A DNA stretch of 64,000 nucleotides. Origin: Candidatus Woesearchaeota archaeon. GTDB lineage: Archaea; Nanobdellota; Nanobdellia; Woesearchaeales; UBA9989. A program made the translations under genes and the position numbers. Below, in pieces: positions 26,559-34,760 of this stretch. The notes beneath the pieces were generated by a model, which had not been told where the DNA came from, ran no database searches, and saw only the letters and a list, made by a program, of their open reading frames with translations. Location of the stretch: assembly GCA_013329045.1 (NCBI GenBank), contig DUKZ01000038.1, positions 126,294 through 190,293 on the forward strand. The letters run 5' to 3'. Within the stretch, counting starts at the first letter, position 1; every line of letters begins with the position of its first letter.

Positions 26559-29500
26559 ATGCCCAGTGATGATGAAGTCCTGCGGGAAAAAGTCGATCAG
26601 GATATGGAAGATTTGAAGAAACGTGTTCGCAACGGAGAACGCTCCACTCAAGCTTTTGATGAGGAATCGTTTGCCCGAGAAATCCAGGAGAGCAAAGTAC
26701 GCGAACGAGCAGCCCGCCGGGAGCTGGTAGCAAATGAACAAATCCGGCGAACTAACCTTCAGGCAGCACAGCAAACAACAGGAAAACTTCCTTCACAGCT
26801 AGACAGGTTTGGGCAAGAGGCATTGTCACAAGACCAACGCCTTGCTGCGCAGGAAAGCGGACAAGAAGAAGCTTCTTGGAAACGAGCACAAAACGCTGTT
26901 CGCACCCAGACACAAATGGCTGCTTCTGGAATTCGGCAGATGGGCAGGGCAACTACACAGGCAGGCTTTGCATTTGCGCAAAAAACCGGGGAAGCTGCCC
27001 AACGAACGGGCGCTGCGACAGTACGAGGGGTTGGAACTGTTGGCAGGGCTGTGAGGCAGACACCATCTCGGGCATGGAACGGCGTCATCAAAATAAAGAG
27101 TGCTGTTGGAAATGTTGGCAATTTTGTCAGCCGCCAGATGCAGATGGACAATTTTGCGTATTGGAGCATTCTTCTCCTTTATCTGATTGATCTTGTTTCC
27201 GGCTTCAATTATATGATGAGGATAGTGATCTATATCCCAGCAGCGGCCATAGCCGCTGTTGCGTGGGGTGGAGGGGGTGACCTAAAGAGCACTGCCTCAA
27301 AATATTTTGGGTTCTACCTGCTTGTTGTCCTGCCACCATTCATGAAATTTTTTTCTATAGTCTACTCCCCTGCGACATCCATCTTTATTGATTACTTTGC
27401 TGTCTATGGAAACCTGTTTGTGTATATGGCATTGGTGCGTGCACCAGATCCTGGAAAACTCATCTACAAATTACCAAAGGTCGCTTATTTTACATTCATT
27501 GTGTTCACTCTCATAGGCTCGTCTATCAGCTTTGCGATGTTCTCTTCCGGGTATACCAGTAATATCAATGTGAACCTTGTGATGAAAGGAAGCTGGGATG
27601 CATTCAAGGCAGGATATGAGAACACAAAAATCGCGATTGTCCGGGGGCTTCGTGGCGCAAAAAACATTGTTCCCAACTATCTTGATATCGCGACGAATGG
27701 AGCGTATACTGGCAATGCAGATACGTCGAAGACGAGATATTGGGCTCTTGAGCCATCAGCCACCAGGCTCTTTAATCCTCCAAAAGGACTCAAGCCAAAC
27801 ACGGCCTTCCATGTCATCTCCACGTTCGATGGCTTTCGAGAAGTGCAAATCGAGGGCGAGGTCGTCAGGAAATTCGAGGATCTCTCGAGCAAAACACAGG
27901 TAAATTATGGGTGCAGAGCATATAAACTTCTTGATAAGGAGAGAACTTCCCTTGGTGATGGAACTGTTGATAAATCATCAGATATCCTTTTCAACATGTT
28001 AGGATGGAATTCTGCCGAGCCGGTTTCCAGCGATGTTCGCTGCAGCTTTACAAATGGCCTTTCAGAATCCGGAAAAATTGAGGTATATGCTGGCTTTTCG
28101 TTTGCTGCAGAAGCAGTGCACACCTTTTCCTATATAGACCAAGAAGAAGCATTATCACTCATGAGCACTTCACGGATGACTGGAAATGCGATCTTTGATT
28201 CAAGCACTGCGTCTTCTAGAGAGAACACCATCAAGGGAAAATTGAAAGCATTGGAAGAGAATACCATCACTACCACAACACCTGGGCCTGTGGTCATCGC
28301 AACAGAGTGGCGGACAGCATACCCATTACGCATAGACACAGAAAATCCTTCACAGCTTGATTTGCTCATCAGTATCCACAATACTCATGCATCAGGGCAA
28401 ATAGCCGGACTTTCTGATTTCACTGTTTCCCTTCCCAAAGGATTCACCCTCAGCGAATGCAGCGTTGGGAGGCGGCAGGAAAATGAAGGGACAATGAGCT
28501 TTTCCAAGACTGGAGGGGATGAATTCTATTCTACTTTCACCGCGAATTTTCCAGACACATTGTTTCCTGTGACAACCTCACTTTCCATGTGGTGCCCTGT
28601 CACATATACTACTGAAGTGCTTCGCGGTGGAGCAATCAAAGAAAGACAAGAACTTAGGCTTGCGACAAATTATAATTATGAAGTCGTGGATAAATATGAT
28701 ATTGTTGTTGCAAAATTGCCCGCGCTCAATACTGGCGGTTCCGGGGGCTTTGGCGGGGGGGCGTGCAGCGCGGCTGCTCACTGCAGCGGGTATAATGAAG
28801 AGTCATTGAAGAATGGAGTGTTTGCTGGATGCGCCCGCGACCACCAAGATATTTTCAAACGAGAGATGCAAGATCAAGGACTCGGGCTTGATCTAGTGAC
28901 CGTGTATGCGTTTGCCTATACAGAAAGCTCTTGCAACCCTGATGTCAATGATGGGGGGATACTCCAAGTAGACCAAGCATGCCTTTATGAAAAAAAATGC
29001 AGCGCTGTTGAAGACCAGATTCATTATGGCATCCAAGAACTCAAGGAGAAATATGAAGCAGCACGGGCTCTTGGCGTGTCAGATGATGATGCAGCAACAC
29101 TCATGTTTTTTGGCTATAATCGAGGGGTTGGTGCGATGAGAAAAGCTGCGGAATTCCTCAAGGCTGACCCGTCAGCCGGCATCCAGGATGCAATGGTGAA
29201 AGGATGCAAGGCATATTTTCCAAACCCTTCCATCTCTGGTGTGTGCGGGAGCGATGGGGAGAGATGCTGCAATTCCCCTGGCCTTGGAGCTGGCTATCCT
29301 GAGCGAGTGAAGAGCTTCATGCAGCAGGGATGCCAGCAGGCAGGGGGAAGCATTGCGTTGGCCGGTGGGACATGCAACAGCGCCGAAGGGAATTCTCCTA
29401 CAGGGGGATTTGGACAGACTGTTGATATGTCTGATTATATCTCACGGGAGCAAGTGAATATTGTTTCTACAAGGTACAAGCAGCGATCTGGCACTGTCGA

Positions 29501-29930
29501 CATGATCGTGATGCATCATACAGCAGGACGAACAGTTAAAGATGCGCTTTTGTCCTGGGTAAACAGGAAAGCTAGTGCACACTATATTGTTGATAAGGAT
29601 GGCACTATAGTGACAGTCATACCTGAGAATCAAGCAGCATGGCACGCCACATGCGTCAATGGTCATTCTATTGGGATCGAGATTGTGAACCTTGGGGAAG
29701 GCAATGATCCATATCCTCCCGCGCAAGTTCAAGCGGTCGATTCTCTCGTCAAATATCTTGCAGACAAATACCATATCCAAGATGGCAACATCATCGGGCA
29801 TGGGTGTGTCACCTCAAATAAGATGGCAAGTGAGCCAACAGACCTTCCCCGAGACCTTGGGAACGGGTTAAAATTATATACTCGCGAAAGCAATGCACCA
29901 TATCCATGCACCTTCCTTGGGTGTTCATAA
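26559..29930 (+). CDS. giant multi-pass membrane protein with two-module beta-rich ectodomain, SLT lytic transglycosylase domain and Amidase_2 (N-acetylmuramoyl-L-alanine amidase) domain
   Basis: 1123 aa. From N to C: a Q/A/R-rich cytoplasmic N-terminus; hydrophobic helices at ~27150-27560; SLT motifs AYTESSCNP..GGILQVDQ..FFGYNRGVG (Glu codon 28923-28925); and Amidase_2 motifs VDMIVMHHTAG..SAHYIVDKDGTIV..AWHA..NGHSIGIEIVN..IIGHG..EPTD (~29490-29860). Confidence 0.88.
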   Translation: MPSDDEVLREKVDQDMEDLKKRVRNGERSTQAFDEESFAREIQESKVRERAARRELVANEQIRRTNLQAAQQTTGKLPSQLDRFGQEALSQDQRLAAQESGQEEASWKRAQNAVRTQTQMAASGIRQMGRATTQAGFAFAQKTGEAAQRTGAATVRGVGTVGRAVRQTPSRAWNGVIKIKSAVGNVGNFVSRQMQMDNFAYWSILLLYLIDLVSGFNYMMRIVIYIPAAAIAAVAWGGGGDLKSTASKYFGFYLLVVLPPFMKFFSIVYSPATSIFIDYFAVYGNLFVYMALVRAPDPGKLIYKLPKVAYFTFIVFTLIGSSISFAMFSSGYTSNINVNLVMKGSWDAFKAGYENTKIAIVRGLRGAKNIVPNYLDIATNGAYTGNADTSKTRYWALEPSATRLFNPPKGLKPNTAFHVISTFDGFREVQIEGEVVRKFEDLSSKTQVNYGCRAYKLLDKERTSLGDGTVDKSSDILFNMLGWNSAEPVSSDVRCSFTNGLSESGKIEVYAGFSFAAEAVHTFSYIDQEEALSLMSTSRMTGNAIFDSSTASSRENTIKGKLKALEENTITTTTPGPVVIATEWRTAYPLRIDTENPSQLDLLISIHNTHASGQIAGLSDFTVSLPKGFTLSECSVGRRQENEGTMSFSKTGGDEFYSTFTANFPDTLFPVTTSLSMWCPVTYTTEVLRGGAIKERQELRLATNYNYEVVDKYDIVVAKLPALNTGGSGGFGGGACSAAAHCSGYNEESLKNGVFAGCARDHQDIFKREMQDQGLGLDLVTVYAFAYTESSCNPDVNDGGILQVDQACLYEKKCSAVEDQIHYGIQELKEKYEAARALGVSDDDAATLMFFGYNRGVGAMRKAAEFLKADPSAGIQDAMVKGCKAYFPNPSISGVCGSDGERCCNSPGLGAGYPERVKSFMQQGCQQAGGSIALAGGTCNSAEGNSPTGGFGQTVDMSDYISREQVNIVSTRYKQRSGTVDMIVMHHTAGRTVKDALLSWVNRKASAHYIVDKDGTIVTVIPENQAAWHATCVNGHSIGIEIVNLGEGNDPYPPAQVQAVDSLVKYLADKYHIQDGNIIGHGCVTSNKMASEPTDLPRDLGNGLKLYTRESNAPYPCTFLGCS
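29224..29254 (+). repeat. 31-nt exact direct repeat, copy 2 (inside the giant hydrolase gene, Cys-rich linker between SLT and amidase domains)
   Basis: Same 31-mer. It encodes ..NPSISGVCGSD.. Confidence 0.9.
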
Positions 29931-30988
29931 TGAAAAAAACATCACAAATATTCCATATTGCTTTTCTCTGCACCATCCTTCTTTTCCTTTCAGCTTGCAA
30001 TAAAGGAAGCTCCATCAAAGACTTCAATTTCCAGCAAGGCACGAAAGGGGTGAGCATGAGCACAATCAAAAATGCGCCTCCCCGAGAAATCATAGAAAAA
30101 GTGCAATTTAAGGTAGGCATCGAGCTGCACAATGAAGGAGCATATGATATCAAAGATGGCGAAGGATACTACCGAATTGTGCTTGATAAAGATCTCAACT
30201 GGTTTACCCAGCCACCTTATCAAACACTCCAGCCAGACAATCAAGGCATGGCAGCACCAGTCCTTGTAGACTTTTCCCTTAGAGGCAGGCAGGCAGCGCT
30301 TCCTCCAGGGGAGATTAGAGCCACGTTTGTTGATGTTGTGTCCAAGGAAGTTACTGGAGGACGAAAAGTTGATTCGAAAATCCGGGTAAACGGGTGCTAT
30401 TATTATGAGACAAAAGCGTTTACTGATATCTGTGTCAATCCTAATATTTATCAAGTCGGAAAGACGGACTATGTGTGTGAAACAAAACCGGTGAGCCTCT
30501 CTGGCGGTCAGGGCGGGCCGATCGATGTGACAAAAGTTGAGCCGACTATAATACCACTACAAAACGGCAATTATAAAATTAGGTTCAAGATTACTGCCCA
30601 TAATAGGGGAAAAGGAACTGCTTATAAGCCTACCACCAGCGGAGGGGTAACCGAAATTAGATCCGCATGTGTTGGAGAAAAACTTGGAGACCGATGGAAC
30701 AAAATAAAACTCTATGCAAAACTCTCTGAAGTACAGCTCAACTGCGCATTTGAGACACAAAACACCGGTGACTTTGCGAATACTGAAGGGGTTGGAATAC
30801 TCTTCAACAATGACCTTGAAGCGGTGTGCGAAACCCCTGAGATGACAGAAAAAACCCCTTATTTTACCCCCCTCTATGTCCATATGCAGTATGGGTATAC
30901 CTTTGATGAGGCTATCACCATCTCCATCGTCAACCAAAATTATGAATATGAACAAGCGCATCAGAAAGAAGGAAGTTCAGGACAGTAA
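29930..30988 (+). CDS. lipobox surface protein, paralog 1 (twin CARDB-like modules, Cys-rich)
   Basis: The signal peptide ends in the lipobox LFLSAC. Family motifs: FQQGTKG, VGIELHNEG, NGCYYYETKAFTDICVNP, VCETKPVSLSGGQGGPIDV, FKITAHNRGKG, MQYGYT. ATG 29930 overlaps the upstream stop (TAATG). Confidence 0.85.
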   Translation: MKKTSQIFHIAFLCTILLFLSACNKGSSIKDFNFQQGTKGVSMSTIKNAPPREIIEKVQFKVGIELHNEGAYDIKDGEGYYRIVLDKDLNWFTQPPYQTLQPDNQGMAAPVLVDFSLRGRQAALPPGEIRATFVDVVSKEVTGGRKVDSKIRVNGCYYYETKAFTDICVNPNIYQVGKTDYVCETKPVSLSGGQGGPIDVTKVEPTIIPLQNGNYKIRFKITAHNRGKGTAYKPTTSGGVTEIRSACVGEKLGDRWNKIKLYAKLSEVQLNCAFETQNTGDFANTEGVGILFNNDLEAVCETPEMTEKTPYFTPLYVHMQYGYTFDEAITISIVNQNYEYEQAHQKEGSSGQ

Positions 30989-31045
30989 TTGCGCTGTTTA
31001 AATAGAAAACATTATAAACACAATTTGCCAGGAAGACATGCAATA

Positions 31046-32089
31046 ATGGAAAAAAAGAGACATCTTATAAGGGTTCTTGTCCTGCTAATAGTATTCTTGC
31101 TTGTCGGCTGCAAAGGGAAGAAGCAAGAAGATTCAGGACCGTCTGCCACCATCAGCGGCAGTGATGGCATCAGCATGTCTTTCATGAAGATCGTGAGCGA
31201 TAAGGTCTATAGCAATGCGCAGATGCGGGTTGGCGTCGAAGTAGAGAATGAAGGGACTTGTGACATGGGGCGCTATGCTGATGGGACGTATGATTGTGTC
31301 GGACACATCAAGATGCTCGGTCTTGATCCTACTATCTTTCACATCCCCGATTGGGATAATGGGGGACGAGTGGCAACTCAGGTAGAACTTGGGCGAAGCG
31401 TCTTTTTGCCCGGGAAGAGCAATAATATCCCCACAGGAGGAAAAGAGATCATCACGTATCCTGGCATTACCGTCCAGCTGAATCCAGAATCTGCAGGGCA
31501 CAAAACGAATCTTGCCCTCCATGCCTGCTATCTCTATAAAACCAGAGCCACCATTCCTGTCTGCATTGATCCCCTAGCATATGGCGATTTCCTTGGAGAA
31601 AAAGTATGCGATGTCAAGCCAATCACCCTCAAGGACCAGGGAGCCCCTGTTGCCGTCGTTAAAGTTGATCCTGAAGTATTCCTTGGCAGCGGGAACCAAT
31701 ACCAGATGCAATTTCGCATCTACTTCAAGAATGTTGGCCCAGGCATGCTGTTCCAGGCGGACCGTGATGGAGCTGAAAATGAAAACCTTGAAGCATGCCC
31801 TGCAATTGACTATGATTACCAGAATAAAGTTAAAGTTGACAGAATCGTCCTTGGCTCGGTTGTCAATCCTGAACTTAGCATCCCTCTTATCTGCCAACCT
31901 GGGATTAGTGACCAGATAACCCTCTATGACAATCAAGGGCTTATCATCTGCCAAACAAACGGCGATCTTGGGCAAGATACCTATCAAACGACATTATTTG
32001 TCGAATTATCCTATGGTTACACCCAATCAATCAAGAAGCAAATAACTGTCGTTAATACTCCAACACTCCAGAGGGCAAACCTGAACTAA
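31046..32089 (+). CDS. lipobox surface protein, paralog 2
   Basis: Lipobox FLLVGC. Family motifs: VGVEVENEG, HACYLYKTRATIPVCIDP, VCDVKPITLKDQGAPVAVV, FRIYFKNVGPG, LSYGYT. Confidence 0.85.
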   Translation: MEKKRHLIRVLVLLIVFLLVGCKGKKQEDSGPSATISGSDGISMSFMKIVSDKVYSNAQMRVGVEVENEGTCDMGRYADGTYDCVGHIKMLGLDPTIFHIPDWDNGGRVATQVELGRSVFLPGKSNNIPTGGKEIITYPGITVQLNPESAGHKTNLALHACYLYKTRATIPVCIDPLAYGDFLGEKVCDVKPITLKDQGAPVAVVKVDPEVFLGSGNQYQMQFRIYFKNVGPGMLFQADRDGAENENLEACPAIDYDYQNKVKVDRIVLGSVVNPELSIPLICQPGISDQITLYDNQGLIICQTNGDLGQDTYQTTLFVELSYGYTQSIKKQITVVNTPTLQRANLN

Positions 32090-32090
32090 A

Positions 32091-33437
32091 ATGGAATCAG
32101 ACAAAAAAATATCAAAAACATCAAAAATATTCACTGCACTCCTTTTAGTATTCCTGCTTTTCCTGGCTGGATGCGGGGGAGGAGCTGCCAAAAAGACTCC
32201 TGAAGGGGGCTCTGACTTTCGCCGGGGGACTCAGGGTCTTGAGCTAGACTTTGTCCGGGGAACGCCCCCAGAAAAAATCATCGCTATCCCCTCCAATAAT
32301 CCACAATACAACTGGTTTACAAATATGTTTGGAGAAGGAGGGTTCTCTATTAATGTAGAAGTGATCAATAAAGGCGCTGAGAGCACCCCTCCAGTATTCT
32401 CTGAAGATGCCGATACGCTTTTTCCTAGTTATTTTCTTGGGACATATGGCTATTCCAGCCTTGGCGGCCTTGTCAACTATGATGCTGCATATTCTGCGTA
32501 CCCAGAACTCCATTCCATTTTTCCTCCACCAAATATCCATCTCTCAGGGTTTGACCAGTCAATCGTGCAGACGACAAATAGCATCGGGACGAGCGCTACG
32601 TATGGGTATGTGAACACCCCGGACTGGCTTCGCACCATGGAATGCGCATTCTTCTATGGAAGCATTGTCCAGTGCGTTGGCGGCGGCGGAGGGGCGCTTG
32701 GAGCACAATCAGGGCTCTATCCACAAATCAATACCATCGTTCCAATGCTTGGGACAGAAGAGACACGAGGAAGAGTGGGAATCAGAGACATCGTGAGCTT
32801 TACTGTTAACAATATTGCCATCTCCTCTGATATTGATAAGTATCCTGTCCGCTGGAAGGCCACCGCCTGCTATTACTATAAGACGGTTGCTTCACCTACC
32901 ATCTGCGTTGATCCAGACCAGTACTCTGTCGATGAGAAAGTATGCAAGGTGCAAGAGCATCAAGCCGTTTCTGGGGGCCAGGGAGCCCCTGTGGCAGTCA
33001 TTGGGGTTGACCAACAAATGAGCTATAACCGTGCATATTTTAAAATTACCATAAAAAATGTTGGCAGGGGAAAAGTATATGACCCCACAAACATTGATAT
33101 CCATTCCCGATGCATCATCGACAAGCTTCGTCCAGGCGATGTGAACAAGGTGTTCTATGATGTTGCTCTTGGCTCGTTCAACCAGAATTATGCCACTGGT
33201 GCCAGGAACATCAGATGCGACACAAATCCTCTCTTCCCCTATCCTTATTCTGGCGTTGCATACCTTGACCCTGATACTGGTGAGGGAGAAATCTTCTGCA
33301 CTCTTGAACTCACCGACTTCCAGGCCCACATTGGTTCCTCGACCTCAGCATTTTCATCTCCCCTTGCCATCCAACTCATCTATGGATATACAGAGTCAGA
33401 CTATGCTGATACAGAGATCATAACCCAGCCACGATAG
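32091..33437 (+). CDS. lipobox surface protein, paralog 3
   Basis: Lipobox LFLAGC. Family motifs: FRRGTQG, INVEVINKG, TACYYYKTVASPTICVDP, VCKVQEHQAVSGGQGAPVAVI, FKITIKNVGRG, LIYGYT. Confidence 0.85.
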   Translation: MESDKKISKTSKIFTALLLVFLLFLAGCGGGAAKKTPEGGSDFRRGTQGLELDFVRGTPPEKIIAIPSNNPQYNWFTNMFGEGGFSINVEVINKGAESTPPVFSEDADTLFPSYFLGTYGYSSLGGLVNYDAAYSAYPELHSIFPPPNIHLSGFDQSIVQTTNSIGTSATYGYVNTPDWLRTMECAFFYGSIVQCVGGGGGALGAQSGLYPQINTIVPMLGTEETRGRVGIRDIVSFTVNNIAISSDIDKYPVRWKATACYYYKTVASPTICVDPDQYSVDEKVCKVQEHQAVSGGQGAPVAVIGVDQQMSYNRAYFKITIKNVGRGKVYDPTNIDIHSRCIIDKLRPGDVNKVFYDVALGSFNQNYATGARNIRCDTNPLFPYPYSGVAYLDPDTGEGEIFCTLELTDFQAHIGSSTSAFSSPLAIQLIYGYTESDYADTEIITQPR

Positions 33438-33512
33438 AGACACGATAGCGCCCCATAATCAAAAACTTTAAATAACTGAAATCTGATGTTCAGAGAATAA
33501 AAGGAGGATACC

Positions 33513-34712
33513 ATGAAAAAGATCACTATTTTTCTCGTAGCAGTATTGCTTGTTCTCAGCGCCTGTGGCTCTTCGAAAGAGAATAGCGCCAGACCTGATG
33601 CAACAGAACCATTCATTGGAGGCAACGATGCCCTCAAATTTGGCTTTGCACAGGGAACACCACCAGACTTTGTCTTTGACAATAACCAGAACCCTTTTGC
33701 CATCGTAAACCAGATCGAGAACCTTGGCGAAGCAGACGTTCCTGCCAATAATCTTGTCATCAAGGTTGTCGGCGTCAATCCTATGGACTTTGGTATCGAT
33801 ACTGAAGCAGACCGGGCTGCCTATCGCTATCCTGGCCTTGACCCTAATGCGCTAGACATTGTTGATGCAAATAGGCAGTTTATCACTGGCGCCAGAAAAA
33901 ATTTTGATGGCACACAACTGCCAGGAGACAAGGACTATGTCGAATTCCCTGATCTTGTGTACCTGCCAGACCTCAATGGGAATACTGGGGTTATCATCCG
34001 GGCAGAGGCATGCTATAACTATATGACAAAAACATCAACACTCCTTTGCATCAAGAAAGACCTGCTTGCCGATTCAAACAGCGAAATTCGTGTCTGCAAA
34101 CTTTCAGAGGAAAAAGACGCAAAGAATTCCGGCGGCCCTGTCCAGGTCACTGCACTCAAACAAGTGCCCCAGGGAAGGAACAAAATCCAAGTCACTTTCA
34201 TGGTAGAACATGTTGGCCATAAGTCTGCCCGGCTCTATGAGATCGAACCAGCATATGCCGAAGGATATGAACACAGCGTCTCTACCGGCATTGACTTTAA
34301 AGGAGTTCCCATCAATGCACCAATCATCCAACAAAACACAGGACTTCCACCCGAGAGCTCATGCCTTGATGACGTGACAAACAGGAGAATGAACCGGGTG
34401 CTCATCGATGTGACATCGCTCCATAGCGGTCAGCCAGTCATCTGTTCTGGCTTTGATGCGACAGGCGTTGGAGGGGAGGCAATCCCAGCACCTCTTGGCG
34501 GCGTTCGGCAGGTTGGCAAATCACGAGGATATGTGACACTCTGGAAAGATGCCCAGGGAGGAACACTCCAACCAAGAGCAATCACGTGCACGATTGATAC
34601 GACAAACATCGGGCCTGATGAGGTATATGAAGAACTCCTGACCATGGATCTTTATTACACCTACCAGCAGAGCATCGAGAAACCGATGGAAATCAGAGAT
34701 GTGAAGACGTAA
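33513..34712 (+). CDS. lipobox surface protein, paralog 4 (most divergent)
   Basis: AGGAGG RBS. Lipobox LVLSAC. Family motifs: FAQGTPP, VNQIENLG, EACYNYMTKTSTLLCIKK, VCKLSEEKDAKNSGGPVQV, FMVEHVGH, LYYTYQ. Confidence 0.85.
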   Translation: MKKITIFLVAVLLVLSACGSSKENSARPDATEPFIGGNDALKFGFAQGTPPDFVFDNNQNPFAIVNQIENLGEADVPANNLVIKVVGVNPMDFGIDTEADRAAYRYPGLDPNALDIVDANRQFITGARKNFDGTQLPGDKDYVEFPDLVYLPDLNGNTGVIIRAEACYNYMTKTSTLLCIKKDLLADSNSEIRVCKLSEEKDAKNSGGPVQVTALKQVPQGRNKIQVTFMVEHVGHKSARLYEIEPAYAEGYEHSVSTGIDFKGVPINAPIIQQNTGLPPESSCLDDVTNRRMNRVLIDVTSLHSGQPVICSGFDATGVGGEAIPAPLGGVRQVGKSRGYVTLWKDAQGGTLQPRAITCTIDTTNIGPDEVYEELLTMDLYYTYQQSIEKPMEIRDVKT

Positions 34713-34723
34713 GAGTCTTCAAT

Positions 34724-34750
34724 TTATTTTTAACTTTTTTTTATTCTATT
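34724..34750. terminator. oligo-T/oligo-A tract between the convergent surface operon and rfcS
   Basis: TTATTTTTAACTTTTTTTTATTCTATTTT. Archaeal termination commonly uses T-runs. Confidence 0.35.
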
Positions 34751-34760
34751 TTCAAGAGTT

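Noticed and set aside
26559-29930. The giant gene could be a prophage tape-measure or tail-lysin protein, or a VirB6/VirB1-type conjugation component.
   Set aside because: There are no capsid, portal, terminase, integrase, VirB4/VirD4 ATPase or relaxase genes nearby. The operon is flanked by pelota and rfcS, and its composition looks like the surrounding genome. I keep this only as an evolutionary-origin hypothesis for the hydrolase domains.
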